Shown here: positions 28,107 through 38,900 of the stretch, piece after piece
How positions within the stretch are numbered: the first letter of the stretch is position 1
How the letters are laid out: the number at the start of each line of letters is the position of its first letter
NCBI GenBank assembly: GCA_963808235.1
Contig: CAWEEQ010000003.1
Coordinates: forward strand, 48,629 to 112,628
Source: an uncultured delta proteobacterium
Lineage (GTDB): Bacteria; Desulfobacterota; Binatia; Binatales; Binataceae
Length of the DNA: 64,000 bases
Direction: 5' to 3'
Position numbers and translations under genes: made by a program
Notes under the pieces: generated by a model
What the model was told of the DNA's origin: nothing
Database searches by the model: none
The model's input: only the letters and a program-made list of their open reading frames with translations

Positions 28107-29039
28107 ATCAGAAGCAAGGAGTCTTATACGTCCTGATGATAGTGAGTAGTTTCGACGCCCTGTGCGGGACAGGTAAAGCGCCCGAATTTAATGATCTGAG
28201 CGATCGCGTCTTGACGTTTGCGATACCCGCCACCCACACCTACGGCGGCCGGACACACAAGTGCTCATTCCCCTGTATACCTTCGTCGAACAGGACTGGG
28301 ATTTTCTGACCGAGAACGAGGTCTATGGAAGGTTCGCCTTCAAGTCGCTCTTGCAAAGCCCGCCGAACAGGTGGGTTGAACAATCGAAGGAGAAACAGGA
28401 GCTCCTTACTGTGCACACGACTGTCTTTCCCGCGGCAAATCAGAGCCTCAGCGCGCGCGATTCAGACCGCTCATCCAGATCTGGGCGCCCTCAAAAGCCG
28501 AGCAGTCGAACGCCTTAGAGTCGCTGAGGGTCGCAGGTAACATCGCGGACGAGCAGATCTTGAACACTTACCTTAAATGGTTGGGACTGGAAGAGGCCAG
28601 CGTGCGAGGCGACGACACCGGCATTCGCAGCGTTGCCTTAAAGCAAGTCCGAGATGCAATCGAAACAGATCGCGCATGTTATCAGGCAATCGTGGGCGTG
28701 ACCCGAAAGATTGAAGGGGGATGGAGTAAGGTCCGTGCTTCTTCCGACAGCCTGGAGGTGCGCTTCTACACGTATCCCGGTGTTACGAATCCCGACGTGA
28801 CGAATCCCGGTGTGAGGTATTCCGGTGTGAAGTATTCCGGTGTGACGATCTACGAGACGATGGGCATTAACGGAGCACTAACTGAAGATGCTTATCACAA
28901 GTATTACAGTGCCAATACTCTCCCTGGGGCGAGGATATATGGCAAGATGTCCGACCAGTTGGGCCAGAATCTGTGCTGGACAATCGAGCAGGGCAAGTGG
29001 CAGGACGATCGGAGCGCTGCGGAGAAGTTTTTTTCGTAA
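28091..29039 (+). pseudogene. Frameshifted continuation (second ADC-like domain) of the 26502 gene; pseudogene or assembly errors
   Basis: Three successive -1 shifts (~28090, ~28255, ~28455) join YVLMIVSSF...LTFAIP / PLYTFVEQDW...EVYG / RPLIQIW...ALKQVRDA...CYQAIV and return to the original frame. Confidence 0.65.
28770..28844 (+). repeat. 5 x 15-bp in-frame tandem repeat (TYPGV TNPDV TNPGV RYSGV KYSGV)
   Basis: acgtatcccggtgtt/acgaatcccgacgtg/acgaatcccggtgtg/aggtattccggtgtg/aagtattccggtgtg. Confidence 0.85.
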
Positions 29040-29057
29040 GTCTCCGCTAGATGAAAA

Positions 29058-30041
29058 TCAACAGTAGCCGATTTCGCGGTACCAGCGTATGGCGTCCATT
29101 ATAGTCTCGGAAAGAGGCCGCGCGGTGATGCCCAGTTCCTGGAGTGTGTCGGTTCGATCCAGGTAATCGAACGCCGTGGCCATCATCATCCCGGCGGAGA
29201 TTATAGGCGTTTGCTGGCCGAACATACTGAACACAACCTCCGTCCAGTATGAGCCGAACGCCGCGAGGCTGGTCGCGGTCGCGAACCTCGGCATCGGCAC
29301 ACCTCCCATCGCGCAGATCAAAGCATACAAATCGCGAGTCGAGATGTCGTGGCCGGCCATCAAGAGCGGCTTGCCGTATCTCTCGCCATCGATTGCTGCC
29401 ATGAGGCCGGCCGACACGTCTCGAATGTCGATCACGTTCAACATTTGCGAGATCGACCCGGGTATTTCGCCGCAAAGAAGGAGCGGAATAGTGCAGACGC
29501 GGCGATCGTGCAAGTCCCATGGGCCAAGACAGTAAGTGGGATTGATGATGATGGCGCGAAGGCCGCGCCGCCCAGCGTCGAGAATCTGATCTTCGATCAG
29601 TTCTTTCACTTCGGAGTACGGAAGCGTTAGACGTATCGCCCGTTCGCGGAGACGCTGCGCTTCTGTTCGCGGACTGACCAGAGTGACGAACGAACCCACG
29701 TATGCGAGCCGGGCATCATGCCGCGAGACCGCATCAACAAGTCGGCGCGTTCGCGCTTCTGCAGCCACGAAAGGATCTTGCTCAGGTTCGCGCCCCGGAA
29801 ATACCAAAGACATCGGATAAGGTGCCGCGCCATCGACAACAAGGTCGTGTCCGGGAATCCATTTGTCCAACTGGCCCGGCGCGTCGGCGTCACCCCGCAG
29901 GTAAGTCACGGGCAAGCCTGAAAGATTGAGCGGCGGCGCGGGCCGCCGTCCGCACGCCGTTACCTCCCATTTCCGATCAAGGAGTGCACGAGTGATCGCA
30001 TTGCCGACATGACCGCTCGCGCCGATTACAAGAGCCTTCAT
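29058..30041 (-). CDS. NAD-dependent epimerase/dehydratase (extended SDR, HpnA/dihydroflavonol-reductase-like)
   Basis: MKALVIGASGHVG, YSEVK, NPTYCLGPWD, NVIDIRDV. Confidence 0.85.
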   Translation of the reverse strand: MKALVIGASGHVGNAITRALLDRKWEVTACGRRPAPPLNLSGLPVTYLRGDADAPGQLDKWIPGHDLVVDGAAPYPMSLVFPGREPEQDPFVAAEARTRRLVDAVSRHDARLAYVGSFVTLVSPRTEAQRLRERAIRLTLPYSEVKELIEDQILDAGRRGLRAIIINPTYCLGPWDLHDRRVCTIPLLLCGEIPGSISQMLNVIDIRDVSAGLMAAIDGERYGKPLLMAGHDISTRDLYALICAMGGVPMPRFATATSLAAFGSYWTEVVFSMFGQQTPIISAGMMMATAFDYLDRTDTLQELGITARPLSETIMDAIRWYREIGYC

Positions 30042-30123
30042 AGGTAACGATGCATTTTCTGTTCGAGCCCAAAAGGGCGTATTATTCGGTATCTCGTTGT
30101 ACCGCAACCGCTGGAGTGCTGCG

Positions 30124-30990
30124 ATGTCCGATGAGCATCGTTTCCGTTCGTCATTCTCATTCAATCCGGAAGTTGACCTACCCGCCGCGGTATACGTGAG
30201 CCAGCTTTGGTTGTATTCGCTTGCGGTCTTATACCCGACGCAGGCTTTGAAACGAATGGCTCTGTTCGTGAAAACCTCGGTGGGCAGATATCCGACGGTC
30301 TCGCGGATACGAGGCGAAGGACAGTACTACTGCCACGAATATCCAGAGCCAGTACTGCTCGATCGCACCTCTGAGCATGCCGACTCCGTCAGCGAATTCG
30401 ACCGTGGCGCGGACTTGTACGAAAGAATTGTGTCGCCGTTTACCCGGCCCGTCCATGAGGAAGCTTTCACGCTCGTCCGCCGGCTTCTACCACCGGCGGC
30501 CAGAATCCTGGACCTCTCTTGCGGGCCTGGAACAGAATTGTTTCGTCTGGCTGAGTTAGTTCCCGAGGGTGAAGTCATAGGAATTGATCTCTCGGCCGAG
30601 ATGGTGGCCGCGGCGCACGCAGGTGCCAAACAGCGCGGATTGCGAAATACGGCTTTCTTTCAGGCCGACGTGACCAGCTTACCGGACTATTTCGGCGGAC
30701 GTTTCGATGCCGTCCACTGCTCCTTTGCTTTCCATCATTATCAGGATCCGGTCGCAGCATTGAATGAGGCGCATCGCGTCCTCAATCGCGACGGGAAGGC
30801 ATTTGTCATCGACGGAGGTACGCGGTGGGCCAATATGCTCAGCGCTCCGTTTGCGAAGTGGGCCGATCCCGGCTGGGTCGCATTTCACACCGGACAGCAA
30901 TTTGAGCGACTGTTTCTGAACTCAGGATTCTCTGCCTTCTACTGGGAAGAGGTGCTGCCGGGTATAGGTATGTGTATAGGCAGCAAATGA
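30124..30990 (+). CDS. Class I SAM-dependent methyltransferase (UbiE/MenG-like core) with N-terminal extension
   Basis: ILDLSCGPG, GIDLSAEMV, FFQADV, FDAV, RVLNRDG; start uncertain. Confidence 0.85.
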   Translation: MSDEHRFRSSFSFNPEVDLPAAVYVSQLWLYSLAVLYPTQALKRMALFVKTSVGRYPTVSRIRGEGQYYCHEYPEPVLLDRTSEHADSVSEFDRGADLYERIVSPFTRPVHEEAFTLVRRLLPPAARILDLSCGPGTELFRLAELVPEGEVIGIDLSAEMVAAAHAGAKQRGLRNTAFFQADVTSLPDYFGGRFDAVHCSFAFHHYQDPVAALNEAHRVLNRDGKAFVIDGGTRWANMLSAPFAKWADPGWVAFHTGQQFERLFLNSGFSAFYWEEVLPGIGMCIGSK

Positions 30991-31022
30991 TTTGTGTAAC
31001 TGACTTCGCTCAAGTTCTCATC

Positions 31023-34000
31023 TTACGGAGAGCCAAGCTCGTCGAGCAGCGCCTTGGCAGCTTTGAGCTCAGGCATGTCGAATCCCTCGATGAAGAGCGC
31101 GTAGGTCTCGCTTAGTACCTGTTGCGCTTCAGCTTGCCGATTGTCTCGCTTGAGCAGGCGGCTCAAGCTCACCGACGCCCGTAATTCAAACGATTTCGCG
31201 CTTTGCAGACGCGCGACTCTTATCGCGGTGCGGAAGTTCTGCTCGGCGGATGATTCCATCGACTTGATTTCAGCTGGAGAGATGCCGCCCCCGGAGGCTT
31301 GCTTGAGAGTCACTTCGCCCTTGATCCGGTGAATCTCGGCTTCGACGTATCGCTCTTCATTGCGTTCCATCAACGCTTCAGCTTGCGCGATCAAGGCAAG
31401 TGCCGTATCGATCCGGCCATGCTTGCCCAAACCTTCTGCAAGATACGAGCGCGCCCATGTCTGGGCTAGTTCATATCCCACCTCAGAGAGCTTTCTGTGA
31501 CGGCGCGAGACGACCTTTAGTTCGTCGATCCTTCCCAGAGCCGCTAGTCCGATCGTCTGATATGCAATCAGACCCTCCTTGTAAAAGCCGAATTCGCGCT
31601 CATTTGCCAGCGCCAACCCTTCCTCTATAAATGCGGCTGCGCGAAGAAAGTCCCATCTCATCGAGGCGTACTTGGCCATCATGCAGAGGCATACCACAAG
31701 GGTGAATGGTGATCGAAGTTCGCGTGCAAGCAGTAGTGACTCTTGCGCCTTTTTTTCGGCTTGATCCGCGTACCCGAGTATCCAGAGAGTCATGGCATCG
31801 TAAATGAGAGACAAAACACCCGGTTCGTTACCAGATTGAAAAGCGAGCGTGTGGTGCTTTTGCGGATCATAGTGCTGAAAGCTCAATTCGAAATTGCCGT
31901 GAGCACCTATAAAATCGGCCATAAAGAACTGCGAATATCCCCAGACCCAATACGCCTGCACGAGCATTTCGTCGTTACGGGCGGTTCGCGCCAGTTGCAT
32001 CATTTCGTTGCCGTATGAGCGCGCCGCCTGAAGTTTAGGTATGTATACGTGGAAGTTCGCCAGTCCAGACAATACCGAGAAGAGCCGAGGATCGTCTCCG
32101 CCAAGCCCCCGACAGAGTTCACGAGCTCGCTTGTAGGCGTCTCCATACTCGGAGGCGGACCAGCCTTTCATAGCCAGCATCGCCAGGCCGTAGTCGATTT
32201 GAATACCTAGCTCAGTACGGGCTCGCTCCTGAGAATCAGGTAGTTTCGGAATCAATTCAAGAGCATTGTTCAAGTAGAAAAGAGCGCTCTTATAGGCGCT
32301 TTGCTCGATCGCGAGCCTTCCTGCGATGGCAAGGAATCGTAGCGTTCTGTTGGCGTCGGCAGCCGTACCTGCCTGCCAGAGATGATGGGCGAGATCGCTG
32401 GCGTGGTTGTCAAGTGCAGCACTATGAATGCTCTCAATCGCATTCGCGATGCCAAGATGAAGCCGTTGACGGCGTGGCGGCGATAAGTCGGCGATCACCG
32501 CCTGGCGGACTAGTTCGTGAGAAAACTGGAATCGTGCCTCCGGATAGTCTAGCGCCGATAAAATCAAGCCGGCCTTCTCCGCCTCCTCAACCTGGTCCAG
32601 GAGGGAGTCCGGATCCAAACCCGTTGCTGCCTCGAGCAGCCCGAAATTAAACGAGCGTCCTATTAGCGCCGCCGTCCCAAGAGCCCTTTGGGTGCTATCG
32701 CTCAGTTTCGCCAGCCTCCTCCCAATTGCCAGTCGGACATTTGGCGGCACGTCGATATCTGAAAGGGACCGGTCTCGGCGGAACTCAGCGCCGGATTCTA
32801 TAAGCTCGCCGCGTTCGATCAGGTGACGAAAAACCTCCTCGACAAAGAAAGGGTTCCCCTCCGTACTCGAGTAGATGAATTCGACCACGGTCGGAGATGG
32901 ATCGCTCCCGCTCAAGTCGCGCAGCATGGAGGCGACCGCATCTATCGAAAGTCCGGAAAGACTTAGGCGATCCACAAGATGAAGACGATTGAGTTCGTCC
33001 ACAGCTTGCGCGAGCGGGCTGGCCTCGTCGAATTCGTTGTCGCGATAGGTTCCCACCACCAGCAAGGGAACCTGCGAGAGCGATCTCGCCAAGTGGGTCA
33101 GCGCCGAAAGCGTACTCTCATCCGCCCAATGCAGATCTTCGAGCAGAACAACCACCGGGATATTCTGCGCCGCGCGCGTAATTACATTGGTGATGGCTGT
33201 CAACAAAATCCGACGCGATTGCTCCGGCGCGACCTCGGACAAAGGCGGGATCTCGGGGAACATCCGCCTGAGCTGCGGTAGCAAGCGTGAGATCTCAGGA
33301 GCGTCCGAGCCTAGAGAATTGAGAAATGCCTTGGGGCTGGTTGCGTGAGCGAGCGAAGTCTCCAGAATCTCAACAAACGGCAGGAAGGGTTCCGGCTCCT
33401 CTCTATCATAGCAGTTGCCGGAGATCGCAATCAGACCGTTGCGAACAACCTTCGCGCAGAACTCGGTCGCGATCCGAGTCTTGCCAACGCCCGGAGGGCC
33501 GCTGATCATCACCACCCTTCCCTTGCCGCTCCGCGCGTAGTCAAGAACCCGATCGAGGACCGCACTTTCCGCTTCTCTGCCGACGAAAGTCGTTCGTCCG
33601 ATCACTGCTTGGGCAAATGCGAATTCGTTGCTCGGAAGAACAGGAGCGGTGGAATCGCTCGCGGCCGCGGGCTCGAGCGAGTTTGTTGAAAATTGCCAGA
33701 CAGTCGGTGCCTGCAAATCCGCGACATACGAGCAAAACGAGCCAGTCCGGACCGATCGATCCAGCATCCCGCCAAGCCCGCTGTCGTGCTCCGAGATCTT
33801 ATGCAGCGCGGCCGTGATCGCGCGACTTACGTTGAGTCTCGCACGCTCCGCGACTGAACCCGCCCGCCTGTCGCGACCACTCAAGCCAATCGCGCGAGAT
33901 ATCTCTCGCGCCAGGAAATCGATCTCCGACTCAATCTCCGCTGCCCGTTCGCTGTTTCCGAGCGCTTGCGAGTCTTCCAGTTGTTCGCGCAGTTCAACCA

Positions 34001-34340
34001 GCCGGCGTTTGTAGTCCTGCTTCGCTTTCCCGTCGAGCATCTCCCCGGCATCTCCAAGTCGTCCAACACTCAAGTTGGAGTCGGTTGAAGCTGTCTCGAG
34101 GTATGAGCCTTCAGGAGCGATGGCGGTGTCGGGACCGCTCACGAGATCGAGAGCGTGAAACTCCTCGCCCGGATGCTGAAGCAAGCGATATATATACGCC
34201 AGGCCTTTCGAGGCTCTGATCGAAAAGGTCGCGCCAGGTTCGCCAATCGTCCAGTAGTCGCCGGTAGTTGCGAAGACCACCGTCTTCGTAGGGCTTTCAA
34301 CGCGCTGAGAATTCGCCGAGCGATTCTCGTGCCGGTTCAC
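31023..34340 (-). CDS. STAND (AAA_16-type) ATPase with TPR-like C-terminus and N-terminal putative DNA-binding domain
   Basis: FVGRE, GPPGVGKT, LEDLHWAD, TEGNPFF, FSHELVR; N-terminal KGLAYI..LL..P..E.HALDL...AERARLNVSRAI. Confidence 0.88.
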   Translation of the reverse strand: MNRHENRSANSQRVESPTKTVVFATTGDYWTIGEPGATFSIRASKGLAYIYRLLQHPGEEFHALDLVSGPDTAIAPEGSYLETASTDSNLSVGRLGDAGEMLDGKAKQDYKRRLVELREQLEDSQALGNSERAAEIESEIDFLAREISRAIGLSGRDRRAGSVAERARLNVSRAITAALHKISEHDSGLGGMLDRSVRTGSFCSYVADLQAPTVWQFSTNSLEPAAASDSTAPVLPSNEFAFAQAVIGRTTFVGREAESAVLDRVLDYARSGKGRVVMISGPPGVGKTRIATEFCAKVVRNGLIAISGNCYDREEPEPFLPFVEILETSLAHATSPKAFLNSLGSDAPEISRLLPQLRRMFPEIPPLSEVAPEQSRRILLTAITNVITRAAQNIPVVVLLEDLHWADESTLSALTHLARSLSQVPLLVVGTYRDNEFDEASPLAQAVDELNRLHLVDRLSLSGLSIDAVASMLRDLSGSDPSPTVVEFIYSSTEGNPFFVEEVFRHLIERGELIESGAEFRRDRSLSDIDVPPNVRLAIGRRLAKLSDSTQRALGTAALIGRSFNFGLLEAATGLDPDSLLDQVEEAEKAGLILSALDYPEARFQFSHELVRQAVIADLSPPRRQRLHLGIANAIESIHSAALDNHASDLAHHLWQAGTAADANRTLRFLAIAGRLAIEQSAYKSALFYLNNALELIPKLPDSQERARTELGIQIDYGLAMLAMKGWSASEYGDAYKRARELCRGLGGDDPRLFSVLSGLANFHVYIPKLQAARSYGNEMMQLARTARNDEMLVQAYWVWGYSQFFMADFIGAHGNFELSFQHYDPQKHHTLAFQSGNEPGVLSLIYDAMTLWILGYADQAEKKAQESLLLARELRSPFTLVVCLCMMAKYASMRWDFLRAAAFIEEGLALANEREFGFYKEGLIAYQTIGLAALGRIDELKVVSRRHRKLSEVGYELAQTWARSYLAEGLGKHGRIDTALALIAQAEALMERNEERYVEAEIHRIKGEVTLKQASGGGISPAEIKSMESSAEQNFRTAIRVARLQSAKSFELRASVSLSRLLKRDNRQAEAQQVLSETYALFIEGFDMPELKAAKALLDELGSP

Positions 34341-34607
34341 AAAATCCCCCTAGGCGCGTCCTGACTACCTGAGCGCCAAAATCAACCTAACCATTAAGAA
34401 TCTCATCATTACTGCACAAACACAACGTAGACGCCAGCCAAATCCGCTGAGCAAAACTCCGGGCCCTCAGCCGAGTCGAGGGACGGCACCGACGAGAATT
34501 CGGCACAGCTGATCCGGACGCGTGAACTCTTGAATGCTGTTGGACGCCGTTATATTCGAGACGGCTTGCCCGCGAGCGCTGCGCGCCGTAGCTTCTCATG
34601 TAATCTC

Positions 34608-35867
34608 ATGATGCGGATGGCGGGCGTGCGGGAAAAATCATTGTCGAAGATAGTCGCGGTTATTTCGATCGCGATCTGGATTGCTGCGTCCTCTGTTCCA
34701 GCCGCGGCGGCGGCCAAGGCGCGGCGGCGGATGCCGGCGAGCGAAGAGCCTCCCGCCATGGCGCTGAGCCAGATCCATGTGTTCGGAGATCGCCCCGCCC
34801 CGTTCGCACTCGACGCCAAGGCCGCGATAATGATCGACGCGGATACGGGCGCGGTGCTCTATGCGTACAACGAGCACGAAAAAATGCAGCCCGCGAGCCT
34901 TGCGAAGATCATGACCTTCTACCTGACGCTCGACGCGCTCAAGTTGCGCAAGGTCGCGCCGACCACCGACGTAACGATCAGCGAGAAGGCGTGGCGGCTT
35001 TCGATGGACGACAGCGTATCGCGAATGTTTCTTGGCGTTGGGCAAAAGGTTCCGGTCAACGATCTGCTGTACGGCCTGATGGTGTCGTCGGGAAATGACG
35101 CCGCGGTGGCGCTCGCGGAATACCTCGGCGGCAGCACCGATGCGTTCACCACGATGATGAACGACAAGGCGCACGAAATCGGATTGACCGAAACGCATTT
35201 CGACAACCCCGACGGTCTGCCGGCGGAAGGAGAGTTCACGACCGCGGCCGACATGGTGGCGCTCGCGCACTCGCTCCTGCGTCATCATCCGGAAGCGCTC
35301 GGCTACACCTCGGCCAAGGAGTTCGCGTTCGACAAGATCAAGCAGCCGAACTTCAACACACTGCTTTTCTACGACAAGCGCGTAAACGGGATTAAAACCG
35401 GCCACGTCGAAGAGGCGGGCTACCATCTGGTCGCATCGGCCGGATCGAACGGGATGAATCTCATTTCCGCGGTGATGGGCGCGCCGAACTCGGAGAAACG
35501 CCGCACCGAGACCGAAAAACTTATCGACTGGGCGTTTCGCACCTTCGTCAGTTACAAGCCCGATCTGAAAAAGAACATGCCCGCCGCGATGCCGGTTCGC
35601 GATGGCGTTGCGGATACGGTCGCGATCGGCCCTAATGGCGAGGCGGTGTTCACGCTCGGGCGCGGCGAAGAGAACAAGGTCTCGGTAGAATTCACCCCGC
35701 TGGTGAAATACCTGGAAGCGCCGGTCCGTCCCGGCGATCACGTGGGAGATCTTGCGGTGATGCTGGACGGCAAACCGCAATCAACGATTCCGATCCTTAC
35801 GCGGGCGGGCGTCGCGGAGGCGGGGTTCTTCGGCCGGCTACGCCAGCGTATCGGGCGCTGGCTCTGA
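34608..35867 (+). CDS. dacA: D-alanyl-D-alanine carboxypeptidase (PBP5/6, peptidase S11)
   Basis: PASLAK (SxxK), SGND (SxN), KTG, C-terminal amphipathic helix; start approximate. Confidence 0.92.
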   Translation: MMRMAGVREKSLSKIVAVISIAIWIAASSVPAAAAAKARRRMPASEEPPAMALSQIHVFGDRPAPFALDAKAAIMIDADTGAVLYAYNEHEKMQPASLAKIMTFYLTLDALKLRKVAPTTDVTISEKAWRLSMDDSVSRMFLGVGQKVPVNDLLYGLMVSSGNDAAVALAEYLGGSTDAFTTMMNDKAHEIGLTETHFDNPDGLPAEGEFTTAADMVALAHSLLRHHPEALGYTSAKEFAFDKIKQPNFNTLLFYDKRVNGIKTGHVEEAGYHLVASAGSNGMNLISAVMGAPNSEKRRTETEKLIDWAFRTFVSYKPDLKKNMPAAMPVRDGVADTVAIGPNGEAVFTLGRGEENKVSVEFTPLVKYLEAPVRPGDHVGDLAVMLDGKPQSTIPILTRAGVAEAGFFGRLRQRIGRWL

Positions 35868-35901
35868 TCGAGCGCCGATCGAAACTGTTAACTGTTAACC
35901 G

Positions 35902-38900
35902 TTACGAGCCGAGATCATCCAAAATCGTTTTTGCCTGGATCAAATCGTAAGTCTGGAATCCTTCGGTAAATTTCTCGAGTGCCGAGCTGAGCGTCCGGCG
36001 CGCCTCGTCCTGCTTGCCGACGCCCGCGAGCATGCGCGCGAGGCTGGTGGCCGCGCGCAGTTCCCACGATAGCGCCCCGCTCTTGCGCGCGACCTCGATC
36101 GCGTGCCGGAAGCATCGCTCAGCTTCGGCATCATGGTCCGAGCGGAGCAGCATCCCCACGCCGCGAAGCCTGTGAATTTCGACCTCCAGCAGGCGAATGT
36201 CCGATTGCTCGCACCGCTGCGCGGCCTTATCGAGTACAATGAAACCGTCCTCAAGACGTTTCATCATCAGGTACACTTCCGCGAGCAGGACGAATGAGAA
36301 TGAGTAGATGAGATCAGCGCCGCTGGCGGCCAGGCCGTCAACGGCCTCTTTGAGCATCGCGAGCCCGGAGTCTATTGCGGCTTGATCGCCGCTGGATATA
36401 GCTTCGCCGGCGATCGTGCGTCCCAGGCACATCTTCCCCGCGGCCAGCCAGTACGGAAGTCCGTGTTCGCTGGCCAGTTCGATCAGCGCTTCCGAGCGCG
36501 GCCGCACTTCGGCGTACTCGCGCCGGAAATGCATCAACACGATCGAGTACAGGTTGGAAAACGCAAGACTGAAAGGACGGCGAAGCTGGCGGGCCAAATC
36601 GTCCGACTGGGTCATCCGCTGTCTCGCCTGCTCCGGAAATCCCGCGGCGTGAAGCGCCCACGCAAGGTTGCATAGCGACGGTGTGACGGGCGCGTTCATC
36701 ATCGGCAGATAGCGCGGAATATCGCGCTCGAGGATATCGTGGCAAATTTTCAAGTGGTCGCACGCGGCGGGAAATTCGCCCATCCAGAGCAGCGTCGCTC
36801 CCATCGCGTTGTGCGCTCCCGCGGTTGCGAGATCGCTCCTCTCGTCTCCGTGGGTTCGCTCGGCCATGGTCAGTAATTTCTCCGCAATGACGCGGCTCTC
36901 GCGCAGGCGCCCGCTGGCGTGATCGAGGCTCCAGAGCGAGAACAACACGCCGAAGACCTCGGGCGTCTCGCCGGCACGGCGGCAGAGTTCCTGCGCGCGC
37001 GCGACGTTGCCGGCCATTTCCGGCGCGGAGAATCCCTGGGTCGCGACGATCAACGGCCCGAGCATCATGCGGACCCGCAGCTCATTCTGATCGCGCTCGC
37101 GCGATTCCGGCATCATGGCTATCCAGCGCAGCGCCTCTCGCGCACATGCGATAGCGTCATTGTACGCGGAGCGGACTGCGGCCTGCTCCGCCGCGCGGCG
37201 CAAATACTCGATTGCCTTGGCCGCGTTGCCGCTGCGGTTGTAATGATGCGCCAGGTCGGCGAGGTGATCTTCGAGCTTCGCGGAAAATATTTCCTCGAGC
37301 GCGGTCGCGGTGCGCTCATGGATTGTCTTGCGCCGCTCCGACAGGATCGAGTCGTACGCGACCTCCTGGGTGAGCGCGTGCTTGAAGGTGTAGTCGCTCT
37401 CGGGAAACGCAGGCTGCTCGTAGATGAACTCGCCGAGCTGCAGATTCGATAGCATCGCGGCCAGCTCGTCGTCGGGTTTTTTGGCCACCCGCCGCATCAG
37501 GCCCATCGGAAATTCCTTGCCGATAACCGAAAGCGTCTGGAGCAAATCCTTGTCGCCGGCGGAGAGCTTGTCGATTCGCGCAGCCAGGATTCCTTTAACG
37601 GTCGGCGGAATTTGAATCGACGCGAGCGGTTTCGCGATCGACACTTTGCCGTTGCGCGCCAACACGCCCTGGTCGAACAGCACCTGCACCATCTCTTCCA
37701 TGAAGAACGGATTGCCTTCGGTGCGCTCGATGATCGTCGTGCGAAGCGGGCCGAGCTCGCCGCTTTCACCCAGAAGTTCCGACAGAAGTTCGGTGGCATT
37801 ACTCTGTCCGAGAGGATCGAGACGCAACTGCGTGTAGTAAGTTTTGTTGCCCCAGTTGTGACGATACTCGGGCCGATAATTCACCATCATCAGGATTCGC
37901 GCGGTTCCGATCGAGTCGGCCATCAGATTCAGCAGCGCTTCAGATTCCGCATCCACCCAGTGCAAATCTTCGAAGATGAGCAGCAGCGGCTGATCGAGGC
38001 TCTCACGCATGATCAGGCTCCTGACCGCTTCGCGCGTGCGCCGGCGCCGAATCGAGGGATCCATTTCCTCGAGCGCGGCGTCACCGGTTGAGATTCCGAG
38101 CAACGCGAAAAGATGCGGCAGCGTGCCCTCGAGCGCGCGGTCCAGCGCGAGCGCCTTGCCGGTGACTTTCTCGCGCCGGGTGCGCTCGTCGTCCTGATCC
38201 GCGACACGAAAATAGTCCTTGAGCAGCTCGACGACCGGCAGATATGCGGACGCCTTGCCGTGCGAGACCGAAAACGCCTCGAGCACAAGGCATCCGCTCT
38301 GCGAGCGCAACTTGAACTCGTGGAAGAGGCGCGACTTGCCAACTCCAGCCTCTGCTATCGCGGCGACAATCTGCCCGTGTCCTTCGCGGGCCAGCTCCAG
38401 CGCGCGCGCGAGCTGTTCCATCTCGGCGACTCGGCCGACAAACTTGGTGAGCCCGCGCGACTGCGAAACTTGCAGCCGCGTCCTGAGCGGGCCGGTCCCG
38501 ATCACCTCGTAAACATTGATTGGATCGCTGACGCCCTTGATGCGCGCCGGGCCAAGCGCTCTCGATTCGAAGTATCCGGCGGTCAGCTTCTGCGTATGTT
38601 CCGTGATGACGATCGATCCGGTCGGCGCCAGCGTTTGCATCCGCGCCGCCAGGCTCGTCGAGTGGCCGATGGGCGTGTATTCGGTATGCGCGTCGTCGGT
38701 GCGAATCGAGCGCACCACCACCTCGCCGGTGTTCAGTCCCACCCGGACTTCGACCGGCGGATTGCCCGCCGCGCGCAGCTCCGCCGAGTAACGGCGCATC
38801 TCCTCCTGCACGCGGAGCGCCGCGTAGAGTGCGCGCTGGGGATGATCCTCGTGCGCTACCGGCGCGCCGAACAGCGCGAAGACTCCGTCGCCGGTGGACT

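Noticed and set aside
28770-28844. Short repeats as a possible CRISPR array (also 19491-19580)
   Set aside because: No spacers, unit lengths are multiples of 3 inside coding sequence, and no cas genes are present
22476-30990. Calling the cassette a standard carotenoid or hopanoid cluster
   Set aside because: No phytoene/squalene synthase or squalene-hopene cyclase; the flavoprotein is much longer than HpnE/PDS and shares only generic motifs
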